A program made the position numbers and the translations under genes. DNA of 64,000 nucleotides from contig JBCCYL010000002.1 in NCBI GenBank assembly GCA_039189765.1, forward strand, positions 1 to 64,000, in the 5' to 3' direction. Each line of letters opens with the position of its first letter. The stretch's first letter is position 1. The DNA is from Cyanobacteria bacterium P01_F01_bin.150 (GTDB taxonomy: Bacteria > Cyanobacteriota > Cyanobacteriia > CAKZMO01). Positions 22,149 to 32,452 of this stretch are shown here, one piece after another. A model generated the notes under the pieces. The model was not told the DNA's origin. It did not search any database and was given only the letters and a program-made list of their open reading frames with translations.

Positions 22149-22487
22149 TCACGAGGATTCTTGCTTCACAATTTGGTATATGGCACACAAACGATTTGGC
22201 TTAAAGATCTTGGCCTCAAACATGAAGTGAGGCGGCACATTGATAATGACGTAATCAGGGGACTCATAGTATTGCTCATACTCACAGGGCATCCCCTTGG
22301 TCTCATTGACGGTGTAAGGGGCCGGTTGAAATAAGAGGGTCGTAAACTCAACGCGATCGCATCCTTTTTGCTGACAGATGTATTGACAAAAGGATGCCTC
22401 CATTAACAAGCCATACAATATGTCCTTAGATTCAGGCTCTAAGACAAAGGCACGATCAAAGGATTCAACAATTTTGAGTCCTGCCAT
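22149..22487 (-). CDS. Hypothetical protein
   Basis: 112-aa ORF with ATG start and protein-like composition. Confidence 0.65.
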   Translation of the reverse strand: MAGLKIVESFDRAFVLEPESKDILYGLLMEASFCQYICQQKGCDRVEFTTLLFQPAPYTVNETKGMPCEYEQYYESPDYVIINVPPHFMFEAKIFKPNRLCAIYQIVKQESS

Positions 22488-22897
22488 AAAGAATTACCCG
22501 ACTGTGAGATTGCTGACACTAGCCTAGAGGCTTCTGGAAGGTGTTCCAATGCTTATACAGAGTCTTTTAAGAAGCGCGAATAATTTGATGTCCCCTGTAA
22601 GAAACAATGAGAAACATGGTGCTTTGAAACGGTATTGCCAGATGTAGCGTGTTCTGGTGATTACAGCGTTTTCCAGTTCATACTGGACTGTATCAAAACT
22701 CCTGAGACTACAGAAAAAGCAAGGTATCAACGTTAGGTCGCAGATGTGGGCGCGACGTGCCCACATCTGCGGAAATTTTGTTTAGCCTTAAAGCGAAACA
22801 CAGAAAAAGCGAGGTAAATGTACAGGAAGTTGAAAGGTATGGGTATGATACGTGAGAACACTCAATTATTCACGATAAGTTTGCTAGCCATAGCCTA

Positions 22898-23038
22898 GTA
22901 CTCTGGCAGGAAATAAATGAGGGGAAAATCCCTACGGGATTTTCCCCTCAAAATAAAGCTGACGCGGTACTGGTACTCTGGCAAAAAGTGATACAGAGGA
23001 AAAATGCTCACGGAGTTTTCCCACTAAAATAAAGTTGA
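22898..23038. repeat. Imperfect tandem pair of about 65-bp hairpin-containing units
   Basis: GTACTCTGGCA...AAAATAAAGYTGA at 22898-22962 and 22973-23038; unit 1 has a perfect 15-bp stem at 22918-22950. Confidence 0.7.
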
Positions 23039-23481
23039 TTCAGGACCAGAAGCTTTTAGAACATAAGGGGTAGGGAACTAATTCTTGCTTTTAGCGACTT
23101 AAAGATTGATAGCGGTCTCATCTATTTAAGGGAGGTTTAGCAACTCTTCAATCAGGGACAACTGAACAAGATGCATTTGCCACGCTAGAATTGCACCAGG
23201 GTTGCAGTGAGTCTTTAAATCCATTGTTCTATCATTACTCAACGAACTTGTTTACTCAGGCTTAACGCCCAAGCCAGGAAGAATTTAACATGATACTGGG
23301 GCGCTCCGCGCCCCAGTATCACACCTGAAATACAAGTCGTTTACTCATAAGTTTTCATAATGAAGGCGAGAAAGAGAATGAGTAGGATAACGAGGGGAGA
23401 TTTATATAAAATGCTAGTAACTAGGCCAGATATTTAAGGCTATATAAGGAAAGGTTATCCAGAGAGGAGCACAGCAGCAGA

Positions 23482-25050
23482 ATGGCGCGACACGAACATC
23501 CGATTGAAAAGCGGTTTACTTTATTGCCCGAGACCGCATCTAAGACCGCATTGTCAGTTCTCCTGTTGGGGGGGCTATCGTGCGTTGGTGGATTTATTAG
23601 CGCGGATGGCGCGATCGCTCAGACCCTTTCAGATGATGCAGCCGCTGTCCCCAGTGCCCAAGATTTACTCGCGCCTGTTATTCAAGCTCAACCGCTGCCA
23701 CCCGCACCCACCACCGTTGCGGCTCCAGCCCCAGCAGCCCCAGTGGCTCCAGCCCCGGTCGTACCGACAACTTCTGCCATCCCCTCGGCTCCAGTGGTTG
23801 CCCCTGAAAGTTCCACGATTGAATTTTCAGCACCAAAATCCGCGACTCCTGACATCGCTGTTCCATTAGCACCTTCTTCTGCCCCCCATCCCATCAATTT
23901 GTCTGATTTAAAAGCAGATATTCCGTCAGCCAACGTAGATTATGGCAGCAGCTACATCGACACAACGGACTACAGTCTAGGCGCAACGTCTAGTCCTGAT
24001 ATCGTCATAACGGAGAGATCGACAGGTTGTAAAGCAGTTTTGCAACGAGGAGAGCTTCCTGCAAATGTTTGTGGAAGTGGTAATTCTCCTGTGGTTGCAG
24101 GTGGCCTTAGCCCAAATTTACCCCACGGTCCTAGGGTGGCTCTTACTCCCCAATCAGGGCAATCGGCAGCTTTCCCTAACGTTAATGCCATTAAGATTGG
24201 GCCGTTGAGTATTGGCACTAACGGGATTCAAGTGACTCGCCGCCTTTCTGTCCAAGACTATTACAACAGAACCGAACGTCCCAAGTCCCTTGGAGGCAAT
24301 AACAACACTAGCTTAAGGTTTCCCCTATCCATTCCCGCAATGGTGAGTTCCCCCTTTGGCTGGCGAATTCATCCCATTTTTGGTACGGCACGGATGCACA
24401 CTGGAACTGATTTAGCTGCCCCTCAAGGCACTCCTATTGTTGCAGCTTACTCTGGGCGTGTGGCAATTTCTGATTTTATGGGTGGATACGGCCTAACAGT
24501 GGTGATTGGTCACAGCGAAAAGTCCGCTGAAACGCTCTACGGTCACATGTCCGAAGTCTTTGTTAAGGCTGGTGAGTGGGTTGAACAGGGCGATATTATT
24601 GGTCGCGTTGGCAGCACTGGTAATTCCACTGGTCCCCACCTGCATTTTGAATTAAGAAAGCAAACTGAGAATGGCTGGGCCGTCGTAAATGCGGGGGCTT
24701 TTCTGCAAAATGGGTTAGCCAAGATTCATGAAGGGTTTCAGCTAACTGAGGACTTTTCCATCGCGGATGCTCGACTGGTTGATCCAGAAAATGGAGAGGT
24801 CGTAAAACTATCGGTGCCGAAAGTCTTGCAGCAGGGCAAGTACGCCACTAAAGACGATTTATCACAAACGGCATTGAACTCCCTCGATGCCAGCGATGAG
24901 AAAAATCCGGTGTCTTCATCGATGTCCGTCTCAACATCTGATAACGCTCAAAATGTACCCAGTAATACCCCTGAAGAAGGGCCGGGGGATTGGGTCTCTC
25001 CAAGAGAGTTAACGGCCAAGGATGAAGACTTGGCAGCTAACGGCAAGTAG
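23482..25050 (+). CDS. M23 family peptidoglycan metalloendopeptidase
   Basis: HTGTD (HxxxD), YGH, STGPHLHFE; Pro/Ala-rich linker. Confidence 0.92.
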   Translation: MARHEHPIEKRFTLLPETASKTALSVLLLGGLSCVGGFISADGAIAQTLSDDAAAVPSAQDLLAPVIQAQPLPPAPTTVAAPAPAAPVAPAPVVPTTSAIPSAPVVAPESSTIEFSAPKSATPDIAVPLAPSSAPHPINLSDLKADIPSANVDYGSSYIDTTDYSLGATSSPDIVITERSTGCKAVLQRGELPANVCGSGNSPVVAGGLSPNLPHGPRVALTPQSGQSAAFPNVNAIKIGPLSIGTNGIQVTRRLSVQDYYNRTERPKSLGGNNNTSLRFPLSIPAMVSSPFGWRIHPIFGTARMHTGTDLAAPQGTPIVAAYSGRVAISDFMGGYGLTVVIGHSEKSAETLYGHMSEVFVKAGEWVEQGDIIGRVGSTGNSTGPHLHFELRKQTENGWAVVNAGAFLQNGLAKIHEGFQLTEDFSIADARLVDPENGEVVKLSVPKVLQQGKYATKDDLSQTALNSLDASDEKNPVSSSMSVSTSDNAQNVPSNTPEEGPGDWVSPRELTAKDEDLAANGK

Positions 25051-25179
25051 TATATATGATGCTAGACCATTAGAATCGCTTAGATCGGGATACTGGAGCG
25101 TAGAGCATTCCAGTATCCCGTTAAATTTTTTCTGGCTTAAGATTTTAAGCCGATAACCTATCGTTGAGGCTACCTTATT

Positions 25180-26010
25180 ATGGTTGTTTTCCCTGGATTA
25201 CTGCTTCTAACCGTTTTTGTATTGGGAGCATCCATTGGTAGCTTTTTGAATGTGGTGATATATCGAATTCCAGCCAATATCTCGTTACTGAATCCACCGT
25301 CCAGATGTCCCAAATGTTTGCATCGGCTCAAGGTCTATGACAATGTTCCTGTTTTTGGCTGGCTATGGTTACGGGGCAAATGCAGATATTGCAAAGCGGC
25401 GATCGCTCCTCGATATCCAATTGTAGAGGCTGTAACAGGGCTTCTATTTGTTTTTACGTTGCTACATGTCGGTGATCCCCATTGGTTTACCGCTAATCCA
25501 ATTCAGTTAGTTGGTTACTGGGTCCTTATTAGCTGGCTCTTGGCCCTTGCTCTAATCGATATTGATACGATGACTCTGCCAAACTCTCTAACCCAATCGG
25601 GCTTAGTCCTGGGTATTCTTTATCAAGGAGCATTGGGTTGGTCTTTAGGAAGTACAAGCGGTGCTGCCGCCTATGCCATGGGCGGAGTTGTGGGAGCAGT
25701 TCTTGGCATTTGGCTTTTGGACGGTATCTTTATTGTTGGCTCCATGCTGCTTGGCCAGCCTGCAATGGGGGGAGGAGACGCAAAACTTGCTGCCTTAATG
25801 GGAGCGTGGCTTGGATGGAAGCTATTGCTACTGGCTGGATTTTTAGCTTGTGCAATGGGGGCAGTAGTGGGCAGTAGTGCAATGGCATTAGGCTTACTGA
25901 AGCGGCGTCAGCCCATGCCGTTTGGTCCGTTTTTGGCCCTAGGCACCATTGTCGCTCTATTTTTCGGGGAAGGCTTACTTAACGCTTATCTCAGTTTGTT
26001 TTTTTCATAG
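25180..26010 (+). CDS. pilD: Prepilin peptidase / N-methyltransferase
   Basis: GSFLNVVIYRIP, two CxxC pairs, MGGGDAKL, PFGPFL. Confidence 0.95.
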   Translation: MVVFPGLLLLTVFVLGASIGSFLNVVIYRIPANISLLNPPSRCPKCLHRLKVYDNVPVFGWLWLRGKCRYCKAAIAPRYPIVEAVTGLLFVFTLLHVGDPHWFTANPIQLVGYWVLISWLLALALIDIDTMTLPNSLTQSGLVLGILYQGALGWSLGSTSGAAAYAMGGVVGAVLGIWLLDGIFIVGSMLLGQPAMGGGDAKLAALMGAWLGWKLLLLAGFLACAMGAVVGSSAMALGLLKRRQPMPFGPFLALGTIVALFFGEGLLNAYLSLFFS

Positions 26011-26052
26011 AGCCGATTATTTGCTCATCAAATAAGTGGGTATACCTTATTA

Positions 26053-26265
26053 TTATTCCACCACTCGAATCCGTCCGTCATGGAGTCCCCTATAGACACG
26101 ATTTACTAAATCCATGTCAGTATCCGACAATATGCTTTTGGATAGAAGGCTCATCAATAACCGCTGGTCGGTACGGGAAATAGTGCGGGTTCTAACAATG
26201 CGGTTAACAACCGATGAAATGATAGATGTGCTGACGGAACCGATTGCGGGGATAGTGCCTTCCAT
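26053..26265 (-). CDS. Small hypothetical protein
   Basis: 70 aa, ISRTDQRLLMS...GRIRVVE; AGGA upstream. Confidence 0.6.
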   Translation of the reverse strand: MEGTIPAIGSVSTSIISSVVNRIVRTRTISRTDQRLLMSLLSKSILSDTDMDLVNRVYRGLHDGRIRVVE

Positions 26266-26399
26266 GACGAAATTCCTGAATGCTTTATAAGTGTAGTATC
26301 CGGGATTATACGTATAATCTCAGTGACGAGAGAATTTGTCCCATGGTGATATTACTGGCAGTTTAAAGTGATTAATATGATTTTCACCTGTGATTTCCC

Positions 26400-28832
26400 T
26401 CACAGTGTGCTTAAATCACTCCAATGGCGCAGGAGTTCTGCTACAGACCATGCTTGAGAAATTGCCCCTTGGGAGAGATGGGGGGCATCACCATCAAAAA
26501 TTTCAGAGACTAAGCCTAATCCATCCTGCTCAACAATATGGGACATTAATGGTGCAGGATTAAAGGGAATGGAGCGATCGCCATAAAATCGTTTCCAGGA
26601 GCGAATAAAAGGACCGAGCAGCCAGCTCCATACGGTACCTTGATGGTAAGCGCGATCGCGACGAGGCATATTGCCAGCATAGCTACCTACGTAGGCTGGA
26701 TTGGCCGGGTCAAGAGACCGCAGACCATAGGGAGTCAAAAGACGACTATGAGCTAGCTCTAAGGCTCGTTGTCCATGCTCTTGGGAGAAGCCACAGTGGG
26801 ATAGGGATAGGGCAATAATTGCATTGGGGCGAATGCTTGGGTCGGGGGAATCATCCGGACCAATGGTGTCATAAAAATAGCCGCGTTGCGGATTCCAAAA
26901 AATATTAAGGGACGTTCTAACCTGGGTAATTTGGGTTTTGTAGCGCTGAACTTGGCGACCAAAGGCATTGGCCTTAGGGCCATCGCCCACGGCGTCGGCT
27001 TTTGATTGCAAATAGCTTGCCCATTTCTGCATCCAACAGAGGCTAGAGTACCAAAGGGCATTGATTTCAATTGCTTTGCCCATGCGAGGCGTTACTGGGA
27101 TATCCTCTACTGTTGCATCCATCCAGGTCAGCGCTACATTGGGGCTGCTCCAGGTTAATAGACTATCCACCGCATCGACTCGGATATTGTGGAGGGTCCC
27201 AGTCATAAATGATTTGTAAATATGTTGAACAACTGGATACTGTTCCTCGATAAAATCCCAATCCTGGGTCGCGTCTAGATACAGCCCTAATGTCTCAATC
27301 CACCATAGTGATGCATCTAGGCTGTTGTAATAAGGGCGAGCCCCTTTATCCGGGAAGGCGTTAGGAATAAGGCCCTGTTCACAATGCTGGCCAAACGTAC
27401 GTAATAGGCCCCTGGCGAGACTATACCGTCGAGTCGTTAACGTAAGACCGGGCATCGAGATTAATGTATCGCGTCCCCAATCGCCAAACCAAGGATATCC
27501 AGCCATAATGGTGGTTCCCACGACCGACGAACGATAGGCAATAAACTGATCGCCAGCATACTGCAACAATTGATGGATATGTTGAAGGGAATGCGTGCCA
27601 GAAATCTTGGATTCAGGATTCTGACCCATTGAAGCATTAGTCTTAGCATTAGCGTTAGCAGGAGGAGAGGCAATTTTAATCTGGCAGCCTAAGACTTCGG
27701 CAGGATTGGCGTGAGATGGAACAAGGGATAAGGCATCTTGATGGTTGCCGCTAAGCCAATGGGGATCTAAAACATGATGGTGGAGGCGATTGCATTCCGC
27801 CTGAACCAGTTCATCAAACGTCGTGTCGGTTAACGCTTGCCGATCGGCCTCAGCCCTAGATGGGGGCAATCCAACCGTCGCTTCCAGAGTAATAGAGTCT
27901 CCAGGTTGGAGGACAAGCCGAAGATAGCCAGGACTATATAAATCCTCTGCATCTCCTAAGCCTCGTCGCGTTTCTTCTGGGTAACAATAGTCCCAGTACC
28001 ATACGCTATCAGGATGATAAATTCCATTGGTCCAACGTAAATACCAGGGAGTCCCGCTCCAATCTGGGCGAATGGCTTGCAACAGTAGCTGTCGATGCGC
28101 CACAACTTGCGAGAATTGTAGTTGGCTGGAGGCCCGCTGTTGATGGTGGAAATGGCGATCGCTAATTAATGGCCGTAGCGTCAATGTGGCAGCCTGTTCA
28201 CCGTCATAGCGATAGCGCACCAGCACTCGATGACAACATTTAAGCTGTTCCTCCGGCACAATATGGGTAAGATTATTTCTTGCCTGTTTTTTGTACTTAA
28301 TGCTGGGTCTCCAGCTCCCATCATCCCCTTGTTCTAAATTAGCGTCATCGCCAATCGATTGGGAATAGTTTGCCTGGGAATAGTTTGACGCCCAATTTAA
28401 TGCATCCTCTGAAACCAAGGTCGAAGTCCAGTGAGGCAACAGTAATTCACGAGATACTGTCCAGTGGTCTCGTGCCCAAATCCAAGTGGGAAGGGGAGCT
28501 GAGTAAAATGATTGGAGCCACCGAAAGCCATCAGGACAAACATCTCCACTCCCCCAGAAATTAGTTCCTAGATCTGTATGAATACCGTTGATCTCTAATG
28601 AGGCTTCAAGGTGAGATAGGAGTACTGTTCGCTGACTGGGTGAATCCAGCGCAGCAATTAACCAACCGTGATAAGTCCTGGTATGGGCATCGCCGACTGT
28701 GCCACTGGCAAAACTCCCCAATCCATTGGTCAGTAACCATTCTCGCGTATCTAACTTTTCCATTTTTGCCTTTATCCTGCTTGCCCCTGATGTATGAGTT
28801 AACTTAGACGATGCTGTGCAATGGGCTATCAT
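26400..28832 (-). CDS. Amylo-alpha-1,6-glucosidase (glycogen debranching enzyme); start probably ATG at 28763
   Basis: EWLLTNGLGSFA, AGYPWFGDWGRDT, TWMD, PYGLRSL, YHQGTVWSWL, QAWSVAE. Confidence 0.93.
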   Translation of the reverse strand: MIAHCTASSKLTHTSGASRIKAKMEKLDTREWLLTNGLGSFASGTVGDAHTRTYHGWLIAALDSPSQRTVLLSHLEASLEINGIHTDLGTNFWGSGDVCPDGFRWLQSFYSAPLPTWIWARDHWTVSRELLLPHWTSTLVSEDALNWASNYSQANYSQSIGDDANLEQGDDGSWRPSIKYKKQARNNLTHIVPEEQLKCCHRVLVRYRYDGEQAATLTLRPLISDRHFHHQQRASSQLQFSQVVAHRQLLLQAIRPDWSGTPWYLRWTNGIYHPDSVWYWDYCYPEETRRGLGDAEDLYSPGYLRLVLQPGDSITLEATVGLPPSRAEADRQALTDTTFDELVQAECNRLHHHVLDPHWLSGNHQDALSLVPSHANPAEVLGCQIKIASPPANANAKTNASMGQNPESKISGTHSLQHIHQLLQYAGDQFIAYRSSVVGTTIMAGYPWFGDWGRDTLISMPGLTLTTRRYSLARGLLRTFGQHCEQGLIPNAFPDKGARPYYNSLDASLWWIETLGLYLDATQDWDFIEEQYPVVQHIYKSFMTGTLHNIRVDAVDSLLTWSSPNVALTWMDATVEDIPVTPRMGKAIEINALWYSSLCWMQKWASYLQSKADAVGDGPKANAFGRQVQRYKTQITQVRTSLNIFWNPQRGYFYDTIGPDDSPDPSIRPNAIIALSLSHCGFSQEHGQRALELAHSRLLTPYGLRSLDPANPAYVGSYAGNMPRRDRAYHQGTVWSWLLGPFIRSWKRFYGDRSIPFNPAPLMSHIVEQDGLGLVSEIFDGDAPHLSQGAISQAWSVAELLRHWSDLSTL

Positions 28833-29055
28833 CTAAGAACGGGAACTCTTATAATGACCACCTCGATTTATGTAGGATAGCTTGTCTGACCTGCTAAATC
28901 CCCTTCATTACCTGTCAGTTGATACTGTCTTCACAGTTGACGCATCTTTTAATCTTAGTGCGATGTTTGGGATACTCGGTGGCTAACAATATTGGTTGAA
29001 TAATCGCTCTACAAGTTAAGCTTATATCCAATTTTCTGAACTATTATTTAACGCC

Positions 29056-30036
29056 ATGCGACGAGGATTTACGTTAGCACGTCTGATGCCCCCATCTCCC
29101 ACTGCTAGGCTCTTTACTGCAATCGCTACCAGTATTTTGACCCTTGGTTTTACGCATACTGCCAGCGAGGCGCTGGTGTCTCGTTCTCCTGAGGGGATTA
29201 ATTTTGAGCAAAAGATCCACAGAGATATTGACCGTTTTAACTACATTGCCCAATTTAGGATCGCTCAAACTTCCGTTGAAACATATATTAATCTTGGGTT
29301 GCAGCATGTCCAGCAGGGACAGATAGAAGATGCGATCGCCGCCTTTCAACAGGCAACCCTTGCCGATCCCCAGTCAGCTCCCGCTCACTACAATTTGGGG
29401 CTTGCCCTAAGACAAAGCGGCAATCTTCAAGCTGCCGCCAATGCATTTTTTCAAGCCATTGATGCCGACCCCCTATTTGCGACCGCCTATGCTAACTTGG
29501 GTGCTGCATTGCTGGAAGGCAACAATATTGACCAAGCCCAAGACTATCTTCAATATGCCCTTAATTTGGAGCCAGAGATGGGATTAGCCCACTACAACAT
29601 GGGTTTGGTGCATAAGCAACGGGGGAATTTAAATCAGGCGATTGATGCGTTTGAACAGGCCCAGGAATTTAGCCCCAATGCCCCTGAACCCCATTACCAC
29701 TTGGGCCAAATTTATTTACAGCAGGGGGATAAAGAGGAGGCCATGGATGCCTTTGAAGAGGCGATCGCCCTTAATTCCAATTATGCTGAAGCCCATTACA
29801 GCATTGGTCGCTTACTCTATGATCAGCAAGACTTTTCAGCCGCCTTGGCCGCTTTTCGCCAGGCAACAGCGGCAGATCCCTATTACCCAAATGCTTACTA
29901 CGGGGCGGGTCTGCTACTGTTACGTCAGGGGCAGGAGGCGGATGGGCGATCGCTCCTTGAATATGCCCGTACCTTATTTGAGCGCCAAGGCAACACTCGC
30001 TGGGTGGAGCAAATTGATCAGCTATTGGCACAGTAG
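29056..30036 (+). CDS. TPR repeat protein with signal peptide
   Basis: About seven consecutive TPRs (AHYNLG, AYANLG...). Confidence 0.9.
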   Translation: MRRGFTLARLMPPSPTARLFTAIATSILTLGFTHTASEALVSRSPEGINFEQKIHRDIDRFNYIAQFRIAQTSVETYINLGLQHVQQGQIEDAIAAFQQATLADPQSAPAHYNLGLALRQSGNLQAAANAFFQAIDADPLFATAYANLGAALLEGNNIDQAQDYLQYALNLEPEMGLAHYNMGLVHKQRGNLNQAIDAFEQAQEFSPNAPEPHYHLGQIYLQQGDKEEAMDAFEEAIALNSNYAEAHYSIGRLLYDQQDFSAALAAFRQATAADPYYPNAYYGAGLLLLRQGQEADGRSLLEYARTLFERQGNTRWVEQIDQLLAQ

Positions 30037-30046
30037 TCCTTTTCTT

Positions 30047-30149
30047 GTTCCCAGCGTCTCGCTGGGAATGCTATTAAGAGACTCTGGCTCTTGATGGCTT
30101 TGGAGCCGGAGTCTCCAGGTTGGGTGCCCAGCCGGAGTCTGGGAACCAG
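30047..30149. repeat. Multi-hairpin palindromic repeat, family B copy 1
   Basis: GTTCCCAG..CTGGGAA / GAGACTCTGGCTC..GAGCCGGAGTCTC / CCCAGCCGGAGTCTGGGAACC; related copies near 37.62 kb and 41.69 kb. Confidence 0.8.
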
Positions 30150-30167
30150 ATGGCCAGGTGGGGAGAC

Positions 30168-30863
30168 TTAGGCAGGCACTTTGGCTTCTATGACACTCTT
30201 AAATAGGCGAATGCCGTCAGTGTAGCCCAGCATTGGGTCGGAAGCTCGCTCGGGGTGAGGCATCATTCCCATTACGTTTCCGGCTTGATTACAAATTCCG
30301 GCGATATTGTTGAGGGACCCGTTAGGATTTACTACAGGGGTAACGTCACCGTTGGTTGTGCAGTAGCGAAATACCACCTGCTTATTTTGCTCCAATTCCG
30401 CCAGCGTCGCTTCATCCGCAAAGTAACAGCCTTCCCCATGGGCAATGGGAATGGTAATCACTTCATTCGCCTGATACTGGTTGGTATAGGGCAAATCGGT
30501 CCGTTCAACCCGGAGTGGGAGGCGATCGCAAATAAAATGCAGGTCCCGATTCCGCACCAAGGCTCCAGGCAGTAGCCCAACTTCGGTAAGCACCTGGAAT
30601 CCATTACAAATGCCCAACACTAATTTGCCCTGATTGGCGTGTTCCACCGTCGCTTTCATCGCAGGGGAAAAACGGGCGATCGCCCCACACCGCAAGTAAT
30701 CACCATAGCTAAACCCGCCAGGGATGATAATCAAATCCACATCTGACACATCTTTTTCTTCGTGCCAAATCATTCGAGTCGGCTGATGGAGGAGGTCTCG
30801 GGTCACCATTGCGGCGTCGCGATCGCAATTGGACCCAGGAAACACAATAACGCCAATCTGCAT
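30168..30863 (-). CDS. purQ: FGAM synthase glutaminase subunit
   Basis: FPGSNCD, GGFSYGDYLR, GICNGFQ, GMMPHPER. Confidence 0.97.
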   Translation of the reverse strand: MQIGVIVFPGSNCDRDAAMVTRDLLHQPTRMIWHEEKDVSDVDLIIIPGGFSYGDYLRCGAIARFSPAMKATVEHANQGKLVLGICNGFQVLTEVGLLPGALVRNRDLHFICDRLPLRVERTDLPYTNQYQANEVITIPIAHGEGCYFADEATLAELEQNKQVVFRYCTTNGDVTPVVNPNGSLNNIAGICNQAGNVMGMMPHPERASDPMLGYTDGIRLFKSVIEAKVPA

Positions 30864-30945
30864 GGTTTTGTTCCTACTTATTTTTGTCCTTAGTTAATAT
30901 TGTCCCGACTTAGGAGCTTGCGGAAAAATAACATACCAATCTGGC

Positions 30946-31024
30946 GTAGGATGGGCAAAACGAACGTGTGCCCATCATCTAAATGTTTCGATGGGCACGT
31001 CCTATCGTCCTTTGCCCATCCTAC
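30946..31024. repeat. REP doublet (GTAG-type REPIN-like)
   Basis: GTAGGATGGGCA...TGCCCATC, then inverted GATGGGCA...TGCCCATCCTAC. Confidence 0.7.
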
Positions 31025-31053
31025 TTGCGGTATCTTATTCCTTTGCAAATCCC

Positions 31054-31359
31054 TTAATCAGCAGCCAACTCAAAACGATAGTTTTCAATCACGGGATTGG
31101 CCAGTAGCTGGTCACAAATCTGATCTAGTTTTTGACGCGCTTCAGTTTCGTCCCCCGCTGCCACATCCAGTTCTACATATTTACCAATGCGCACCTGGTC
31201 AATGCCTTCAATCCCCAGGTGTTCGACGCCTGTTTTTACGGCTGTTCCTGCGGGATCGAGAACGGAGGGACGTAAGGTAACGTAAATCTGTGCGTGATAC
31301 GTTTGCGCTTGAGAAGTTTGAGACACAGCAACCCCTATATACTTTTTGATTGCAATCAC
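31054..31359 (-). CDS. purS: FGAM synthase subunit PurS (true start probably a downstream GTG)
   Basis: LRPSVLDPAG, VRIGKYVEL, LLANPVIE. Confidence 0.95.
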   Translation of the reverse strand: MIAIKKYIGVAVSQTSQAQTYHAQIYVTLRPSVLDPAGTAVKTGVEHLGIEGIDQVRIGKYVELDVAAGDETEARQKLDQICDQLLANPVIENYRFELAAD

Positions 31360-31598
31360 GATTGCTATTCTACAGCTTCCTTTCAGTTCTATAGATCTTC
31401 AGATAAAGATTCGTGATTTGCGGTTGAGGGGGTGCGCTTCGCGCGCCCCCTCAACCACGAAACATTTTCTGAATGTCTATATGACAACGTATTGGGAATA
31501 TGGCGGGTCTTCAAAATGGCAAGAGAAGAGTCATGGCAGTCTCTGAAGATAAACGGGTAGTAAAATTGATGAGATGAGCTGCTGCTGAGACTTTAATT

Positions 31599-32015
31599 AT
31601 GCCAGCCAAAGAGCTATTTCACGACACGGTTAAGCGTGCTCTGATTAAAGACGGATGGACGATTACGGATGATCCGCTGTTCCTACGCTTTGGCAGCGTG
31701 GACATGTACGTTGATTTGGGAGCTGAACGGATTTTGGCGGCTGAGCGCAATCAAGAAAAAATTGCAGTGGAGGTCAAAAGCTTTGTGGGGCCATCTGCAA
31801 CAACTGAGTTTGATGCAGCGTTGGGGCAATTCCTGAAGTATCAGCTTGCTCTGGAAGATACGGAAAAAGATCGCCAGCTTTATCTTGCCGTCCCGATGGA
31901 CACCTATCGTGATTTTTTCTCCCTGGACCTTCCTCGGCTTTTAGTTCAACGCTATCAGGTTCGCCTTATTGTCTACGATCCAGAAGATGAGGTAATTACA
32001 AAATGGCAGAATTAA
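31599..32015 (+). CDS. xisH: XisH family protein
   Basis: MPAKELFHDTVKRALIKDGWTITDDP, VDLGAE, IAVEVKSF, ALGQF. Confidence 0.92.
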   Translation: MPAKELFHDTVKRALIKDGWTITDDPLFLRFGSVDMYVDLGAERILAAERNQEKIAVEVKSFVGPSATTEFDAALGQFLKYQLALEDTEKDRQLYLAVPMDTYRDFFSLDLPRLLVQRYQVRLIVYDPEDEVITKWQN

Positions 32016-32335
32016 GCTATCGGCAGATTGTCCAAAAACTGTTAGAGGAATATAGCAGCATTCGCTCTTTTAATGAAGAGGTTGAGGCGGAAGCTATCTT
32101 TGATGAAAAACGCGATCGCTACCAAGTTGTCCATGTCGGTTGGTCCAATAAGCACCGCGTCTATGGCTGTATTCTGCATCTCGATATCAAAGACGGCAAG
32201 ATATGGATTCAACACGATGGCACTGAAGGTGGCATCGCTAACGAGCTAGTAGAACAGGGCGTGCCCAAAACCGATATTGTGCTTGGGTTCCATTCTCCCT
32301 TTAAGCGACAATTTACCGATTTTGCGGCGGGTTGA
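32003..32335 (+). CDS. xisI: XisI family protein
   Basis: HLDIKDGKIWIQHDGTE...ELVEQGVPKTDIVLGF; overlaps xisH end. Confidence 0.92.
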   Translation: MAELSYRQIVQKLLEEYSSIRSFNEEVEAEAIFDEKRDRYQVVHVGWSNKHRVYGCILHLDIKDGKIWIQHDGTEGGIANELVEQGVPKTDIVLGFHSPFKRQFTDFAAG

Positions 32336-32369
32336 TGTTGGCGATCGCAGAAGGCATTGCTAGGGGGCC

Positions 32370-32434
32370 AGATCCCGGGGTTCTGCAAAAACGTATCGCC
32401 AAACAACAAGGATGATATTAGAACCCCGGGATCT
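32370..32434. repeat. 65-bp palindromic element A1 (15-bp arms, 35-bp spacer)
   Basis: AGATCCCGGGGTTCT-N35-AGAACCCCGGGATCT. Confidence 0.9.
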
Positions 32435-32452
32435 CTGCGTAGCTGACCATTG

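Noticed and set aside
23050..23481. c-di-AMP riboswitch upstream of the M23 peptidase
   Set aside because: Plausible from context, but I could not find the conserved ydaO-type sequence elements.
31599..32335. xisHI as evidence of an excisable fdxN-type element
   Set aside because: No XisF-like serine recombinase or interrupted target gene in the window.
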